Assembly: GCA_038212275.1 (NCBI GenBank)
Contig: JBBQUR010000011.1
Span: 64,001-128,000, forward strand
Direction: 5' to 3'
Length of the DNA: 64,000 nt
Origin: Planctomycetota bacterium
GTDB lineage: Bacteria > Planctomycetota > B15-G4
Part shown: one piece after another, positions 1 to 9,441 of the stretch
Position numbering within the stretch: position 1 is the stretch's first letter
How the letters are laid out: each line of letters begins with the position of its first letter
Notes under the pieces: model-generated
The model's database searches: none
The model's input: the letters and a program-made list of their open reading frames with translations, nothing else
What the model was told of the DNA's origin: nothing
Program-made: the position numbers and the translations under genes

Positions 1-2
1 CC

Positions 3-947
3 ACTGCGGCGATGGAGGCCGTGGGCCGCAGCGTCACGCGCCCGGGCGGCCGCCTGCTGCACCTCGTGAACGGCAACTTCAGCAATCTGTGGTTCGAGCT
101 CTCCACAGCCTGCGGACTGTCGGCGCAGTGCGCCGAGAAAAGCTGGGGCGAGGCCTGGGACGAGCAGAGCACGGCGCAGGAGCTGGCCCGGCATCCCGCG
201 CTGGATGCGGTGATGATCACGCACTGCGAGACCTCCACCGGCGCGCTGTCGGACATCGCCGGCGTCACGCGCGCCGTGCGTGCCCTGCGGCCCGAGGCGC
301 TCGTCTGCGTGGACGTCACTTCCACAGCATGCGGCGTTGCCATCGACTTCGACGCGATCGACATCGACGTCGCGGTCGGCGGCGTGCAGAAGTGCTGGGC
401 GCTGCCGCCGGCGCTCGCGCTCGGAGCGCTGTCGAAGCGCGCCAGGGCGCGCATGGCCGCCGTGCCGGGGCGCGGCTACACCAACGACTTCCTGTCGGCG
501 CTGGAGTTTCAGGACAGCAAGGGCATGACCTCCACCACGCCGGCGATCCCGCTCATGCTGGCGCTGCGCCAGCAGATCCGTGACATCCTCGCCGCGGGCG
601 GCTTCCAGGCGCGCTTCGACACGCACCTCGCGATGCAGAAGCTCGTGCTCGACTGGGTGGCCCGGCGCGGCTTCGGCGTGCTGGCGCGCGAGGGCTACCG
701 CAGTCCGTCGGTCACCAGCATCGAGAGCAAGGGCCGCTTCGTGATGGACGACCTCGTCGCCGGCTACAAGAAGGAGGGCTTCTTCCTCACCGGCGGCTAC
801 GGCAAGACGAAGGACAGCCACTGGCGCATCGGGCACATGGGCGATCACACGCGCACGGACGTGACGGAGCTGCTCGCCGCCACGGACCGCATCCTTGCGG
901 GACTCACGCCGAAGGACGGCGCACCGGCCTCCGGCACCGCACGCTAG
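3..947 (+). CDS. Class V PLP-dependent aminotransferase (serine-pyruvate/alanine-glyoxylate family), 5'-truncated by window edge
   Basis: Frame open to window edge (TAAMEA); motifs HCETSTG, VDVTS, GVQKCWALPP (PLP Lys), TPAIP, RIGHMG. Confidence 0.85.
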   Translation, partial: TAAMEAVGRSVTRPGGRLLHLVNGNFSNLWFELSTACGLSAQCAEKSWGEAWDEQSTAQELARHPALDAVMITHCETSTGALSDIAGVTRAVRALRPEALVCVDVTSTACGVAIDFDAIDIDVAVGGVQKCWALPPALALGALSKRARARMAAVPGRGYTNDFLSALEFQDSKGMTSTTPAIPLMLALRQQIRDILAAGGFQARFDTHLAMQKLVLDWVARRGFGVLAREGYRSPSVTSIESKGRFVMDDLVAGYKKEGFFLTGGYGKTKDSHWRIGHMGDHTRTDVTELLAATDRILAGLTPKDGAPASGTAR

Positions 948-967
948 CGCCCGCCTCACGCGCTGGC

Positions 968-1031
968 GCCTGCCGCGCGTAAACGTGTGCCGCGCGCAAA
1001 CGCCTGCCGGGCGCAAACGTGTGCCGCGCGC
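968..1031. repeat. 17-bp tandem repeat, about 3.8 copies, between convergent genes
   Basis: gcctgccgcgcgtaaac / gtgtgccgcgcgcaaac / gcctgccgggcgcaaac / gtgtgccgcgcgc. Confidence 0.8.
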
Positions 1032-1068
1032 TGGCGCCCGCCGGGCGCGATGCGCCGGCGTGTCGCGC

Positions 1069-1659
1069 TCAGGTCTCGTGCGAGGCGAGGATCCACTTCT
1101 CCACGTCGGGCGGCTGATGGCGCGCCAACGCGTCGAGCAGCGCATCGGGCTCGCTGCCCGACACCATGAGCTTGCGGTGCTCCGGCTTGATGAAGCCCTC
1201 GCCCACGGCCGAGTCGATGCACCCCAGCAGGCCGTCGAAATAGCCCACCACGTTCAGCAGCCCGATGGGCTTCCTGTGCAGGCCGAGCTGCGCCCACGTC
1301 ACCACCTCGAACAATTCCTCGAGCGTGCCGTAGCCACCGGGCATCGCGACGAAACCGTCGGAGAGCTCGTTCATCAGCGCCTTGCGCCGGTGCATGTTGT
1401 CCACGACGTGCGTGTGCGTGAGCCCGGTGTGCTGCACTTCCTTGGTGGCGAGCGCGGTCGGGATGACGCCTGTCACCTCGCCGCCGCCGGCCAGCACCGT
1501 GTCGGCAAGCACGCCCATGAGGCCGACGCTGCCGCCGCCGTACACCAGCCCGACGCCGCGCCGCACGAGCATGCGCCCCATGGCCTGCGCCGCCGACTTG
1601 TAGACAGGGTCGGTGCCCTCGCTCGAACCGCAGAACACGCACAGCTGCTTGATGTCCAT
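1069..1659 (-). CDS. LOG family nucleotide 5'-monophosphate phosphoribohydrolase (TIGR00730-like)
   Basis: CVFCGSS, LVYGGG..GLMG, MHRRK and PGGYGTLEE signature; start MDIKQ. Confidence 0.92.
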   Translation of the reverse strand: MDIKQLCVFCGSSEGTDPVYKSAAQAMGRMLVRRGVGLVYGGGSVGLMGVLADTVLAGGGEVTGVIPTALATKEVQHTGLTHTHVVDNMHRRKALMNELSDGFVAMPGGYGTLEELFEVVTWAQLGLHRKPIGLLNVVGYFDGLLGCIDSAVGEGFIKPEHRKLMVSGSEPDALLDALARHQPPDVEKWILASHET

Positions 1660-1803
1660 GGCGCCATGCTGCCATGCAGCGGCGACGGACGGAACGACGC
1701 GCTTGTGGAGCGCTGAAACGAACCTGCACGAACCCCGCTCGCCAGGCAGAGCAAGACAGCCCGCCTCGCGCCGCATCGCCGACGACGCGGCTTGCGTTGC
1801 CGC

Positions 1804-2319
1804 TCAGCGCGAGGGCCGGAAACCCCTGGCTTCGTCGGAGACCGCGAGCGCCTGCTGCAGCGCCAGCTGCAGCTCGTCGCCATCGAAGGGCTTGACCAGC
1901 AGCGGGATGCCGTCGGCGGCGAGGCGCCGGCACGCAGCCACCTCGGGCAGGGTGCCACCCGTGCACGCGATCATCGGCCCCGCGGGCTGCTCGGCGCGCA
2001 GCCGCTGGATGAGCTGCAGCCCGCTCATGCTCGGCATGAGCAGATCCGTGAGCACGAGGTCCGCGCCGAGCGCGTGCAGGCTGTCCAGCGCCTGCAGGCC
2101 GGACCCCGCGAGCGTCACGTCGAAACCCATTCGCATGAGCTCGCGTCGCAGCGCCGCGCGACACATGTCCTCGTCATCGACGACGAGCACGCGCAGGCGG
2201 CATGCGCGCGGCACGGTGAGTTCGGCCCGCCCTTGCGGCCCGGGCGGTGCGCCGCCGTCATGGCCATCCAGGCTGTCATCGCCATCCAGCAGTTGCGGTG
2301 CGATCACGGAGTCCGTCAC
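1804..2319 (-). CDS. Stand-alone response regulator (receiver domain)
   Basis: VLVVDDE, LVLTDLLMP.MSG, TG and KPF motifs; GTG start with GAGGA upstream (start uncertain). Confidence 0.8.
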   Translation of the reverse strand: MTDSVIAPQLLDGDDSLDGHDGGAPPGPQGRAELTVPRACRLRVLVVDDEDMCRAALRRELMRMGFDVTLAGSGLQALDSLHALGADLVLTDLLMPSMSGLQLIQRLRAEQPAGPMIACTGGTLPEVAACRRLAADGIPLLVKPFDGDELQLALQQALAVSDEARGFRPSR

Positions 2320-2480
2320 GTCAAGCCATCCTCGACACGGGTGTCGTCTCGACGCGCCCTCGGCGCGCGCACGACCCGATTCAGTCGGCAGCACGGCCAG
2401 ATGACTTGACGACGATCCGAGTGCGGCAGCTATCCTCTCGCCCCGACCATTCACGCCCACGTCTCTTCAGAGGAACCATC

Positions 2481-3092
2481 ATGCGGCGCGCTTTCACGCT
2501 CATGGCAGCAGTGACCATGCTCCCCTTCCTCCCCTTCGCCGGCGGCTGCGCCTCCGCGCCGGCCTCCACGGCGGCTCCCGCCATGGATGAGGCCGCCATG
2601 ACGGCGCAGATGGAAAAGATGGCCGCGCCGGGTCCGGAGCACCGGAGGCTCGCCGAAGGCGTCGGTCATTGGGAGAACACCTACCGCATGCGCTGGTCGC
2701 CGGACATGCCCTGGCAGGAGAGCAAGGGCAGCACCGACACGACGCTGGTTCTCGGCGGGCGCTACATCATGGAGCGCCATCACTTCGACGTGATGGGCAT
2801 GCCCATGGAGGGGCTCGGGCTCAACGGCTTCGACAACCAGAGCGGCGAGTACATCTCGATGTGGGCGGACACCGGCAGCACGTGGTGGACGACCTCGCGC
2901 GGCAAGGCCGGCCCCGACGGCAGCATCGACTACAAGGGCATGATGACCGACGCGGCCGGCACTCGTCCGTTCCGCATGGTCGTCAAGCCCTCCGGCGACA
3001 ACCTGCACATCGACATGTACGACACGATCCCGCCCGCGGGCGACGTGCTCGTCATGACCATCGACAGCAAGCGCACGGGTCCCGCGCGCTGA
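2481..3092 (+). CDS. DUF1579-like lipoprotein
   Basis: AGGA RBS; signal peptide with AGGC lipobox; PGPEH..L...G.W, LGGRY, G.DN....Y.S.W.D. Confidence 0.8.
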   Translation: MRRAFTLMAAVTMLPFLPFAGGCASAPASTAAPAMDEAAMTAQMEKMAAPGPEHRRLAEGVGHWENTYRMRWSPDMPWQESKGSTDTTLVLGGRYIMERHHFDVMGMPMEGLGLNGFDNQSGEYISMWADTGSTWWTTSRGKAGPDGSIDYKGMMTDAAGTRPFRMVVKPSGDNLHIDMYDTIPPAGDVLVMTIDSKRTGPAR

Positions 3093-3116
3093 GAGCGACG
3101 AAGCGGCCAGGCCGCT

Positions 3117-3761
3117 TCAGTGTCGGTAGGACGAGCCATACCAGCCGTAGCCGTACGGCCCGTAAGCTCCCCACGGCGGAGCGCCGTACGGTCCCCAGCC
3201 CGGTGGCGGGTATGGATTTCGCAGCGCGTCCGGCGACACACGCTGGAAGACCGTCGTGCCGGAGAGCTTGACGCCCTCCACTTCCAGCGCCCAGCCGAGT
3301 GAAAGCCCGTTCATGTCCGGCGTCGCGTCGTCGGGATAGGCGAAGGCAAGATCGGCGAGCGCACTCTCGCCCGCAGCCACTTCGCTCACGCCGTCGACCA
3401 GCCACGCGGAGGAGAACTCCAATAGGTCGCCGGAGAGCAGCCGCTGCCTGCCGACGGGAAGACGGATGGGCAGATCCGTCGTGTTCTGCAGGCGGTAGCG
3501 AAGGTGCACCTGGCGCCGGTCGCTGCCTTCCGGCGTGATCGCGCCGAGCACGGACACGAGCAGGAGCGGCTGCGAACCTCGCGCGGTGTGCACGTCGACG
3601 ACGGCCGGCATCGGTTCGAAGCGATAGCGATAGATGCCGGCGCAGCCGGGCAGGCCCGGCGCCGCGATGAAGAGGCTCAGCAGGGCGAGGAGCGCCGCGC
3701 CTCGCCGCGGACGTCGCGCGGCAGCTTCCGATTCGCAACGCATGATGCGTGCAGCGTGCAT
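3117..3761 (-). CDS. Hypothetical lipoprotein with Gly/Pro/Tyr/Trp-rich C-terminal tail
   Basis: AAGGA RBS right after the oxidase stop; hydrophobic stretch ending LPGC; tail PYPPPGWGPYGAPPWGAYGPYGYGWYG. Confidence 0.65.
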   Translation of the reverse strand: MHAARIMRCESEAAARRPRRGAALLALLSLFIAAPGLPGCAGIYRYRFEPMPAVVDVHTARGSQPLLLVSVLGAITPEGSDRRQVHLRYRLQNTTDLPIRLPVGRQRLLSGDLLEFSSAWLVDGVSEVAAGESALADLAFAYPDDATPDMNGLSLGWALEVEGVKLSGTTVFQRVSPDALRNPYPPPGWGPYGAPPWGAYGPYGYGWYGSSYRH

Positions 3762-3771
3762 GAGGATCCTT

Positions 3772-5256
3772 TCAGGCCGCGGGTGAGGCGGCGTGCGCGC
3801 GGGCCAGCGTGCGGGACGTTTCGATGAGGGCGTTCACGGAGATGCCGCGGCGGTGGTTGCCCACCAGCGCGAGTCCCGGAAGTGCGGCAAGCTGCGCCTC
3901 GATGCGTTCCTGCCGCGCGGGCTGGACAAGGTCGTAGCGCGGCAGCACCGCGCGCTGTCGCACGATGTTCGCGTAGAGCGGCTGGCCCGTGAGTCCGAGC
4001 AGAGGCGCGACATCGTCGGCCAGCGTCGCGTGCAACTCCTCGTCGGGCCACTCCACCATGCGTGCGTGGCGGGCGCCGCCCAGCAGCGTGCGCAGCAGCA
4101 CCGTGCCGGACGGCGTGCGCGCCGGCTGGATCGTGGAGGAAAACAGCGTCCCCAGGTGCAGGCGCCGCTCGCACCCCGGCACCAGGTAGCCGAAGCCGTC
4201 CAGCGGATGACGGACATCCTCCCGCCGCCAGCAGTGCACGAACGACACGACCGACTCGCAGGTCATGCTGCCCAGCGCCTCGCCGAGCGCGGCGCTGACC
4301 GGGCCGAGCAGCTTTGCCGCCGCACGCACCGGCAGCGCACACACGACGCGATGCGCACGCACCGTGCCCGCGGAGCTTTCCACGACCCACTCGCCCGTCG
4401 CATGACTCGCGGCATCTCCCGCGCCGTTCCACCCACGACTTTCGGAGCGCAGCGTGGTGACGCGCACGCTGGTCTGCAGGCGCGGGCCCAGCGCTGCGGC
4501 CAGCGACTCCGCGAGCGTGGACAGTCCGCCCGGCAGAGAAAGCAGCGACGGCACGCGTCTGGCCTCGCCACGCGCGCGTGCCGCCTTGCCGCGCGCGCGC
4601 AGCCCGGCGAGCAGGCTGCCGTGCTCCGACACGAGCGCGTGCAGCAGCGGAAACGCCGCGCGCACCGAGAGCAGCTCCGGGTCGCCGGCGTAGATGCCGG
4701 TGACGAAGGGATCCACGAGGCGATCGAGCACCTGCACGCCGAGTCGATGCCTCACGAAGTCCGCCACGGAGCCATCCAGCGCCGTGCGCGCGTCGCGCCA
4801 CGGTTCGGTGAACGCGCGCAACTTGCCGCCGAGCGACAGCAGCGGACTCCTGAGGAAGGCGGGCGGACTCGTCGGCAGCGCGACGAGCTGCCCGTTGCAC
4901 AGCACGAAGCGCTGCCGCGCCGCCTCCGCGGCGGGCAGCGGCGCGAGCCCCAGCTCGGCGAACAGCGCAAGCACGTCGGGCGTGTTGTCCTGAAGCGCCT
5001 CGGGCCCCCACTCGAAGTGCAGGGCTCCGCCGCCGTGCTCGGCGGGCAACCGCGCATGCTCCGTGCGCACCAGCCCGCCCGCCCGCGGGCCGGCCTCCAG
5101 CACCAGGACATCCGCGCCGACCCCACGGCCGTGCGCGTACGCGAGACCCGCCACGCCGGCCCCGAGCACGACGGTGTCCACGCACGCCGGCAACGGAGTG
5201 GGCGCGCCGCCGGATCGGACGCCCTGTTCGTCGGCGGGAGAGATCGCGTCGCTCAT
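3772..5256 (-). CDS. hemG: HemY-type FAD-dependent protoporphyrinogen/coproporphyrinogen oxidase
   Basis: GAGVAGL FAD motif, LEA..RAGG, EWGP, DPFVTGIYAGDP..LS...FP, GFGYLVP, GISV; ATGA overlap with upstream gene. Confidence 0.9.
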   Translation of the reverse strand: MSDAISPADEQGVRSGGAPTPLPACVDTVVLGAGVAGLAYAHGRGVGADVLVLEAGPRAGGLVRTEHARLPAEHGGGALHFEWGPEALQDNTPDVLALFAELGLAPLPAAEAARQRFVLCNGQLVALPTSPPAFLRSPLLSLGGKLRAFTEPWRDARTALDGSVADFVRHRLGVQVLDRLVDPFVTGIYAGDPELLSVRAAFPLLHALVSEHGSLLAGLRARGKAARARGEARRVPSLLSLPGGLSTLAESLAAALGPRLQTSVRVTTLRSESRGWNGAGDAASHATGEWVVESSAGTVRAHRVVCALPVRAAAKLLGPVSAALGEALGSMTCESVVSFVHCWRREDVRHPLDGFGYLVPGCERRLHLGTLFSSTIQPARTPSGTVLLRTLLGGARHARMVEWPDEELHATLADDVAPLLGLTGQPLYANIVRQRAVLPRYDLVQPARQERIEAQLAALPGLALVGNHRRGISVNALIETSRTLARAHAASPAA

Positions 5257-6686
5257 GCCGCGCCGCTCCCGAGCATGTGGCGCAACGCGTTCCGGAGTTC
5301 GGCGTGGCGGAACGCGTAGTCGCTGCCGAGCAGCGCGATCGGCACGACGCGCGTGCTGGAGAGCAGCAGGGCGTCGGCCATTTCGCCGACGAGCTTGCGC
5401 GCCACGGGCGCCGGCAGCGGAAGCAGCGCCGGTCGATGCAGCACGGCGCCGAGCGCGCGCGCGAAGTCGGCGTTGGGCAGCGGCTGCGGCGAGACCGCGT
5501 TGCACGGCCCCGACAACGAGTCCGTGAACAACGCGTGGTGCATCGCGCCAACCAGGTCATCCAGCGAAATCCAGCTCCACCACTGCCGGCCGCTGCCGAT
5601 GGGTCCGCCGCCCCCGAGCCGGAACGGCAGGAGCAGCTTGCCCAGCGCGCCGCCCTGCGGCGAGAGCACCGTGCCGATGCGCAGATTCACGGTGCGGATG
5701 CCCGCGGCGGCAGCCGGCGCGGTGGCGCTCTCCCACGCCTCGCACACCTCGGGCAGAAAGCCGGCGCCGGCCTCCGAGCGCTCGGTGAGCAACTCGTCGC
5801 CGCGGTCGCCGTAGTAGCCGATGGCCGACGCGCACAGGAAGGCCGCCGGCTTGCGGCGCAGCGAGCCGAGCGCGCGCGCGAGCGCCGCGGTCGGGCCCAC
5901 GCGGCTGCTGCGAACCGCCTCCTTGTGCGCCGGATTCCAGCGCCGCGCCGCGATGTTCTCGCCGGCGAGGTGCACGACGGCGTCGAGCCCCTCCAGAGCC
6001 TCGCGGTCGATGGCGCCCGACGCCGGCTCCCACGCGACGGAGGATGGCGCGCCCGCGACGGGCGACTCGCCGACGGCTCCTCCCGTGCCGTGAGCTCCGG
6101 AGCGCTGCAACCGCACGACCTCGTGCCCGCCGGTGGACAGGAAGGCCACGAGCTGACGGCCAACGAGTCCGCTCGCGCCGGAGACGAGCACGCGCATCGG
6201 ACGACCGCCCAGGTGCTCGGCGTGTGCAGCGTGCGCGGCGAGGTCCGCGCGCGTCGTGTCGTGACGATAGCGGAAGAGGCGCGCCAGCTCGCCGCGCGCG
6301 AAGGCGCCGAGCAGCGGCTGCGTCAGCAGCGACATGGGCAGCGCGTACTGCACGCGATCCGTGAGCCAGCACGCATCGGGGCCATCCGGCTCGAAGCGGT
6401 GCACGTGCTCCCAGTGCGCGAACGGCCCGCGCTCGGCGCTGTCGCGAAACTCGCGTCCGGGAACGCACGCGCCGTGCACCGCGACCCAGCGCTTGCGCAG
6501 CGGCCCGGCGCGCAGTCGCATCACGACGCGCGTACCGGCCGAGAGCCCCGCGCCCTGCTCGATGACCTCCACGTGCTGCCACGGCGGCGAGAGCCGCTGG
6601 AAGGCGCCGGGCCGCGCGTGCCATGCATAGGCCTCGTCCGCGGAGACGGGCAGGCGCACGCGCGCCGTGAACTCCTGGAGCTTCAA
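5253..6686 (-). CDS. SRPBCC/START domain fused to TIGR01777 family NAD-dependent epimerase
   Basis: N-term WH.RPGAF.RL.PPW, GPF..WEH.H; C-term GASGLVG, VHLAGENI, SAIGYYG, GSGRQWWSWI; TTG start with GGAGG. Confidence 0.88.
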   Translation of the reverse strand: MKLQEFTARVRLPVSADEAYAWHARPGAFQRLSPPWQHVEVIEQGAGLSAGTRVVMRLRAGPLRKRWVAVHGACVPGREFRDSAERGPFAHWEHVHRFEPDGPDACWLTDRVQYALPMSLLTQPLLGAFARGELARLFRYRHDTTRADLAAHAAHAEHLGGRPMRVLVSGASGLVGRQLVAFLSTGGHEVVRLQRSGAHGTGGAVGESPVAGAPSSVAWEPASGAIDREALEGLDAVVHLAGENIAARRWNPAHKEAVRSSRVGPTAALARALGSLRRKPAAFLCASAIGYYGDRGDELLTERSEAGAGFLPEVCEAWESATAPAAAAGIRTVNLRIGTVLSPQGGALGKLLLPFRLGGGGPIGSGRQWWSWISLDDLVGAMHHALFTDSLSGPCNAVSPQPLPNADFARALGAVLHRPALLPLPAPVARKLVGEMADALLLSSTRVVPIALLGSDYAFRHAELRNALRHMLGSGAA

Positions 6687-6744
6687 GCGCTGCCCTCCGG
6701 CGAGGCGCCGGGCGCGACCGGCGGCGCGTGACGGACGGCGCGCA

Positions 6745-8184
6745 TCAGATGGTCTGGCTGAAGCGCTTGCCGCTCTCCTCGGCGCGGCGGCTGCGCAGGT
6801 AGGCGTCGAAGACCATGGCCATGTGGCGCAGGAAGAGGCGGCCGCGCGGCGTGATGTCGAGGCGGCGCGGCGCCAGCGTGCAGAAGCCCTCGTCCGCGAA
6901 GGGCTGCATCTCGGCCCACTCGTCCTGAAAGTGCGTGGCGAGTTCGGGCACGCCGGTCTGCGCTTCCAGTTCGTCGAGGTCCACGCGCATGCGGCACATG
7001 AGCGAGAGAATCGTCGCGCGGCGCAGGTCGTCCTCCGGGCTGCGCAGCATGCCGCGCACCGTGGCGAGGTGGCCGCCCATGAGCGCGGGCTCGTATTCCT
7101 TCGTGCTGCGCGCGTTCTGCAGGAAGGCACCGCCGATGTCGCCGATGGCGGACATCCCGAGACCCACCATGTCCTGCGCAGGTTGCGTCGCGTAGCCCAT
7201 GAAGTTTCGGTGCAACGTGCCGGCAGACAGCGCCTTGAACATGCTGTCGGTCGGCCGCGCGAAGTGGTCCAGGCCGATGACCTCGTAACCGGCGGCGGTG
7301 AGGCGCCCGAGCGCGAGGCCGAAGAGGCGCGCGCGCTCGACGGCCTCGGGAATGTTGCTGCGTTCCAGCACCTTCTGCGCCGGCTTCATCCACGGCACGT
7401 GCGCATAGCCGAAGACCGCGAGTCGGTCGGGCGAGAGCTCGACGATGCGGTCCAGCGTGCGGCCGTAGGTGTCGAGCTTCTGCTCCGGCAGGCCGTACAT
7501 GAGGTCCACGTTGATGCCTTCGATGCCGGCCTGGCGGAAGCGCGCGATGAGGCTCGCGGTCTCGTCGTAGGTCTGGTCGCGCTTCACGATCTGCTGCACG
7601 ACGGAATCGAAGTCCTGCACGCCCATGCTCACGCGGTTGAAGCCGAGCCGCACGAGCAGGTCGGCCTGGCCGTGCGTGGTGATGTGCGGGTCCACCTCGA
7701 TGGACTGCTCGGCGCCGGGCAGGAAGTGGAAGGCCGCCGTGATCATCCCGTGCAGGCGCGACAGTTGAGCCTCGGACAGGAAGGTCGGCGTGCCGCCGCC
7801 CCAATGCATCTGCAGCAGCCCGCGGCGCGTTCCGAGCGCGGCGGCGACGAGCGCGATCTCGCGCTCCACCGCGTCGAGATACTTGTCGGCGCGGCTCTGG
7901 TGGCCGTGGATCTCCACGGTGCAACCGCAGTAGAGGCAGAGGCGCTCGCAGAACGGCAGGTGCACGTAGAGGCAGAGCGCTTCGTCGGGCGTGGCGGCGG
8001 CGCGGGCGTAGGCCGCCATCGCGTCGGCCTCGCGGAAGTCATCGCGCCACTCCGGCGCGGTCGGGTAGCTGGTGTAGCGGGGCCCGGGGCCGGAGAGGCG
8101 CAGGAGCGTGGGCTCGTCGATGGCCAGCGCGGCGAGGGTGTCGGGGGAAGCGCCGGGGTCGGATTCGGAGCCTGGAGTCGGCAT
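6745..8184 (-). CDS. hemN: Oxygen-independent coproporphyrinogen III oxidase (radical SAM)
   Basis: GPRYTSYPTA, HLPFCERLCLYCGC (CxxxCxxC), HWGGGTP, GLDHFA, RNFMGY. Confidence 0.95.
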   Translation of the reverse strand: MPTPGSESDPGASPDTLAALAIDEPTLLRLSGPGPRYTSYPTAPEWRDDFREADAMAAYARAAATPDEALCLYVHLPFCERLCLYCGCTVEIHGHQSRADKYLDAVEREIALVAAALGTRRGLLQMHWGGGTPTFLSEAQLSRLHGMITAAFHFLPGAEQSIEVDPHITTHGQADLLVRLGFNRVSMGVQDFDSVVQQIVKRDQTYDETASLIARFRQAGIEGINVDLMYGLPEQKLDTYGRTLDRIVELSPDRLAVFGYAHVPWMKPAQKVLERSNIPEAVERARLFGLALGRLTAAGYEVIGLDHFARPTDSMFKALSAGTLHRNFMGYATQPAQDMVGLGMSAIGDIGGAFLQNARSTKEYEPALMGGHLATVRGMLRSPEDDLRRATILSLMCRMRVDLDELEAQTGVPELATHFQDEWAEMQPFADEGFCTLAPRRLDITPRGRLFLRHMAMVFDAYLRSRRAEESGKRFSQTI

Positions 8185-8493
8185 GGAGGCCCACGATAGC
8201 GTCCCGGGTCCCCCGGGAGGGACGGCTCCTTCTGCGCCTCTGGAGGTCACGGGCGCGCAGCCCCGCCGTCAAGCACGCACCGGGAAACCGGCGTGGCACG
8301 CGAGAGGATCCGGGTCGTACGGGCCCGTTACCCATGACGGGCGTGAGCTGCGGACCTCTTCCGGCGGCGCGTCAGGGCACCGAAGCGTTGAGCGTGCGTC
8401 GCACCACATGGCCACGGATGATCGACAGGGGAGACTCCAATGGATGTGGGTCAGCCGGTCGCGACTTCCTCGCGTGCGCGGCGCCCGCCACCG

Positions 8494-8853
8494 CTAGGGC
8501 GCCTCCGCCAGCAGCACGGCGGCGATCGGGGCGCCAAGTCGGTAGCCGGCTCCCTGCGGCATGTGCAGCGACTGCCCGACAAGCAGCAGTCCATCGAGTC
8601 CAGGCGGAAGCGGGCCGAGGGCTGCCTGGAAGCTCAAAGCCCCCGAGGCAGGCAGCGCTCCCAGCGACACGATCAGCGGGGGCGGCGGCACGGCCAGCGC
8701 AGCCTGATAGGCGGAAAGGTGGGGCGCGGCGCTGTTCGGCTCGAAGCCCAGCAGCATCAGAATGATGTCACCGGGTGCGCCGCTCACCTGCACGAACTGC
8801 TGACTGCCGACCACCGTCGGCGAGGCGCAGCGCGTGCCGCTGCACGGAAGCAT
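8494..8853 (-). pseudogene. Orphan C-terminal-domain fragment resembling the tail of the secreted protein at 21782..23071
   Basis: LIVSLGALPASGAL..LPPGLDGLLLVGQS versus LIVPLGVVPASGEI..LPAGVTGVTLVLQS; no signal peptide or passenger domain. Confidence 0.55.
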
Positions 8854-8871
8854 CGGGCGCAGCTGACAGTC

Positions 8872-9100
8872 AAGCCCGTCGTCATGTCGAAGTGCGAGCT
8901 GACGCTGGGACAGTGGCTGCGCTTCGTCGGAAAGAACCCCGGCTTCGTGCAGAATCCTGCAGTCGAGCTGACCGCTGACCGGCCCGTGAACTCGGTCAGC
9001 TGGTGAGCAGGCTGCGCGCTCCGCGTACCGGATCTCTCGGGTGCCGAAGACTACGCGAGGACAAACCCGGATCTCCGGCCCGCCCGTCCCGTCGAACGCG
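8872..9100 (+). pseudogene. Degraded FGE-sulfatase (SUMF1/EgtB-type) domain relic
   Basis: KPVVMSKCELTLGQW...NP...DRPVNSVSW then stop; ARSAYR and LRPARPVE follow in other frames. Confidence 0.55.
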
Positions 9101-9147
9101 GCCAGGGAGTCAGTGACGGGCGTTGGCGAGGGTGCTGGTCCGCGCCC

Positions 9148-9441
9148 TCAGTGGCGCAACCAGCATGCATCGCTGACGAGACACATCCCGCCGCACTGGA
9201 CGAGCAGCGCGCGAAGCTCCTCCAGCAGAGACTGCAGCCGCTCGGGAGGGCAGGTGGTGAGAATCAGGTGATTGCCCGAGACGCCGGTGAGTTCGTCGTC
9301 GCGCTGGAGGCCGCGTTCGCCGGCCCCCGTCGCACCCCGGAGGAGTGTCCAGCCTCCCAGTCCGTGGCGCGCAAGCAGTTCGGTGACTCGCCCGCCGTGA
9401 GGCGCGTCGATCACGATCTCAAGACGTTTGACGGGAATCAT
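9148..9441 (-). CDS. sbtB: P-II-like regulator, SbtB-type
   Basis: 97 aa; KRLEIVI, GWTL...G.GERG, GG.CLVSD; ATGA-coupled to sbtA. Confidence 0.8.
   Translation of the reverse strand: MIPVKRLEIVIDAPHGGRVTELLARHGLGGWTLLRGATGAGERGLQRDDELTGVSGNHLILTTCPPERLQSLLEELRALLVQCGGMCLVSDACWLRH

Noticed and set aside
1069..1659. LOG protein as evidence of cytokinin production
   Set aside because: The family is widespread in nucleotide metabolism and there is no supporting context
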